Shown here: piece after piece, positions 38,810 through 41,466 of the stretch
Layout: every line of letters starts with the position of its first letter
How positions within the stretch are numbered: position 1 is the first letter of the stretch
Source: Promethearchaeota archaeon
Lineage (GTDB): Archaea; Asgardarchaeota; Lokiarchaeia; Sigyniarchaeales; SOKP01
Reading direction: 5' to 3'
Length of the DNA stretch: 41,466 nt
Assembly (NCBI GenBank): GCA_019057865.1
Contig: JAHLWP010000038.1
Location: 1 to 41,466 of the forward strand
Notes under the pieces: model-generated
Seen by the model: only the letters and a program-made list of their open reading frames with translations
The model's database searches: none
Told to the model about the DNA's origin: nothing
Made by a program: the position numbers and the translations under genes

Positions 38810-41092
38810 TTAAGTTCTTTTATAGATAAATCTCTCCCAGCTTTTAGTACTTGGCATCTCTAATGGCATATTTTTCCTTTTTCGAATTTCTAAAATAAGA
38901 TCTTCTTCCAAAGAAGGTGGTACTTTCTCAAATCCCTTAAATTCATAACCAAAGAAAGCTCGCCCCTGCGTTGAACTTCGAATTTCATCCGCTATCCCTA
39001 TAATTTCGGCAGCTGGAATTTGTCCTTGAATTCTTACATATTCCCTTTCAGGGATGACATTGTTTATTCGACCTCGATGGCGATTAATTATTGAATTTAC
39101 CCCCGCTTCAGTTCCTTGAGGAGTTTTTACATCTATTCGCTGGATTGGCTCATAAAGATGAGGATCGGCGTTTAACATTGCGAGAGAGAAAGCAGAATAA
39201 CTCATACTGGCAGTCTGTGCATATTGCGTATGTCTAGGGTCTTCGTGTATGACAGCGTCTGTGAACACAGCTTTAATGCCCATAGCTGGTTCTTTAGCTA
39301 TGATACATTCACTAAGCCAATTTCTAAAAGCACTCACAAGATCATTTTTTATTCTATCAAATCTTTGTAATCCAGAAGTTCCATTTACTAGAACATTTCC
39401 TTTAAAAACATCAATAATACGTCTAGCTTCTTTTGTATCCCAACCTGCTTCTTCCCTTAAAATCTGGGCACGTTCTTTTTCATTCTGTAAATCAGTAATT
39501 TTACCCTCATCAATTAATTCTTCAGTTTTTTCATCTAATGGTTCTATGTATAACAAAAGTCGATTATGAGCATTTGATGATTTGGTATGAAATTGTTTAC
39601 TTTTTGCATTAATTTTTTCTCGGTATACTATGATGGGTTCTCCTATATCAATTTTTACTTGATTGTTTATTCTTTTTGTCAAAATTTCAATTTGTAAGGG
39701 ATCGATTCCGCTAAGAATGTATTCCATTGATTCTTTATCAAGACGAAATTCTGCTGTTGGATCTGCTTGTATCCACTTCCCAACAACCTCCCCTAATTTA
39801 CCAAGGTCATGTGGATCTTGGGGTTTAATACTTCTTGATACAACAGCTTTACAAGCATAATGGATTTTTTCAAAAGTAGGGATTTTGCCAATTTCTTCTT
39901 TATCTTTTGGGATCATTTCATTATGTATAAAAGTCTCTCCAGAAGGACAAATGAATCCATATAAAGCAAAGAGATTTCCCGCTGGTATCTTAGGAATGTC
40001 CAAAAGATCTGTTATTTCCATAACACCTAATCTTTTTACCCGATTTGAAGTTCGACTTCCAAGTAGATAAATTGAGTCAGTTTGATTAAAAGTTCCAGAG
40101 AAAACGCGTCCAATCAAAGTTGCTGCATATTGACGTCTTGGGTCCAAAAATATTTTTGTAATCATCCCATATAATGGTCCGCTAGAATCACATTTTTGCA
40201 ATGATTGCCCCAGTTCTGAGTTCAAATCTCCTCCCCAGAGATGGGGAATTCTATATTTAGATGCACTAACAGGATCAGGTAGATGATCAACAACCATTCT
40301 TAACATCGGCTCATCTAATGGTAGATTCTCTCTTAACCATTCTATGTCTCCCTCGTTGTATTTAACAAAAACATCCTGAGGTTTAAGGTTTTTTTCTAGT
40401 AAGATCTCATATGTAAAACCCCACCCATGTTTGGCTGAACCACAGGCTACAGAATTCTTCGCAAAATCAACTCCCCAATTTGAACCTTCAGGTCTCACTT
40501 TCTTAATTAACTCATTGACTTCATTTGTAATTTTATCAATTCTTTCGAAAGTGTCCTTTGGACTAAGTCTTAGTTCACTAATTAATCTATCAACTTTATT
40601 TATAAAAAGGACTGGTTTACAGTATTCTTCGCCTACTGCGAGTCTAATATTAGTTTCGGTTTGCGTCATAACACCCTCAAGGGCATCAACTAGAATTATA
40701 GCACCATCTGAACCTCTGAGAGCTCTTGAAACTTCTCCTGTAAAAGAAATATGCCCTGGTGTATCATTCAATTGAAAAATGTAGGGTTCATTATCGTCCG
40801 GCTTTCTAAGGTCTTGAAATGCAAGTAAAACTACACTTGTGAAGATGGTAATCCCTCTTTCCTGCTCCTCGTCTTTCAGTAAACTAAGTATATCTTAATT
40901 TAAATCTGAATCGGTCATTTGGAGCTGGCCAGCATCCTCTTCCCTCATAAGTCCAGCTCGGCGCAGGAGATAATCTGTAGCTGTGGTTTTACCATGATCT
41001 ATGTGCGCTGTTATTGAGAAAATTCTTTTTTTCTGATATGAGCCAGAAGTGACTAACCTGGCGATCTCCTCAGGATTCTTTACCTTTACTAT
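38810..41092 (-). CDS. Elongation factor 2 family GTPase (likely the divergent paralog aEF-2p), intron-containing; exons 40904-41092 and 38810-40873, 750 aa, probable ATA start
   Basis: AHIDHGKTT, EQERGITI, DTPGH, NKVD, GRVFSG, YRE, STQGRA. Non-canonical SGIDPLQ (normally GMGELH) and HEDPRHTQ (normally HxDxxHRG). No rps12/rps7 next to it. Confidence 0.92.
40874..40903 (-). other. BHB micro-intron in the EF-2 family gene (30 nt, contains in-frame TAA)
   Basis: tcag-at|t-taaattaag-atata-cttagttta-ctga-aa|g-acg: perfect 4-bp central helix tcag/ctga and 9-bp stem. Excision gives TDSDDEEQERGITI with canonical spacing. Confidence 0.92.
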
Positions 41093-41466
41093 CGTTTTTC
41101 ACCAATATTTAATTATTCGTGTTTATAAATTTAGCGTTTGTATTATTATAAAATTCTTATATTGAAACTAATGAAAAAAATATGTTAAATCATAAAAGTT
41201 TTATGAATATAGGCTATAAACTGGATCTACAAAGAAAATAAGTGAAATTTTAATAAAGCCAAATAATAATTAAAATACCTGCTCCCTGCAGGAGCGTTTC
41301 TTAACAATGATACAGAAAAAATGCATGGGGTTTTGATGTTATCTACAAATCGAAAACCTCTTGACGTCTCTTTTCGTGCGAATCCGTTTGCAGTAATAAA
41401 TAACGATCCTAATATAATTATCTGAGGATTAAATGACGAAGAAATTAATTATATCAAAGAAGCTTA

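Noticed and set aside
39880-39935. Second intron in EF-2 at the short insertion IHNEMIPKDKEEIGK
   Set aside because: No stem or BHB found; likely a variable loop.
3681-40775. Antisense and overlapping ORFs in the track (e.g. 3681-3944, 11606-12190, 14663-15067, 17074-17475, 20464-20856, 39249-39569, 40431-40775)
   Set aside because: Shadows of well-supported genes on the opposite strand, with no motifs.
1-41466. CRISPR array, tRNA or rRNA genes
   Set aside because: No regularly spaced repeats and no cloverleaf or rRNA-like GC-rich segments were seen.

Overview
AT-rich archaeal genomic window, most consistent with an Asgard archaeon (Lokiarchaeia-like). This is inferred from TFB, Taw1/TYW1, an Arf-type small GTPase with extensions, a stand-alone divergent EF-2 paralog and GGTGA/GGAGG Shine-Dalgarno sites. 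The main finding is a set of at least six 30-33 nt micro-introns inside protein-coding genes: five within about 490 bp of the acetyl-CoA synthetase gene (acs, minus strand, 1-1519) and one in the EF-2 paralog (minus strand, 38810-41092). Each folds into a canonical or relaxed bulge-helix-bulge (BHB) motif, the substrate of the archaeal tRNA splicing endonuclease. Cutting after the 2nd nucleotide of each bulge restores conserved protein motifs (CTADIGW, YPDVDRFW, VTHFYTAPT, GEPINPEAW, YWQTETGG, TDSDDEEQERGIT). Two introns 40 kb apart look homologous, which suggests mobility. About 1.7-14.4 kb is an integrated element carrying a tyrosine integrase broken by a TAG, a ParB-like protein, a PD-(D/E)XK nuclease, Mrr-N and HEPN-like proteins, RHH and Zn-finger proteins; it separates acs from an acetyl-CoA hydrolase-GNAT fusion. 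The rest is mostly housekeeping and Asgard-type hypothetical genes, several apparently starting at ATA, plus gene remnants. All folding and alignment was done by eye.
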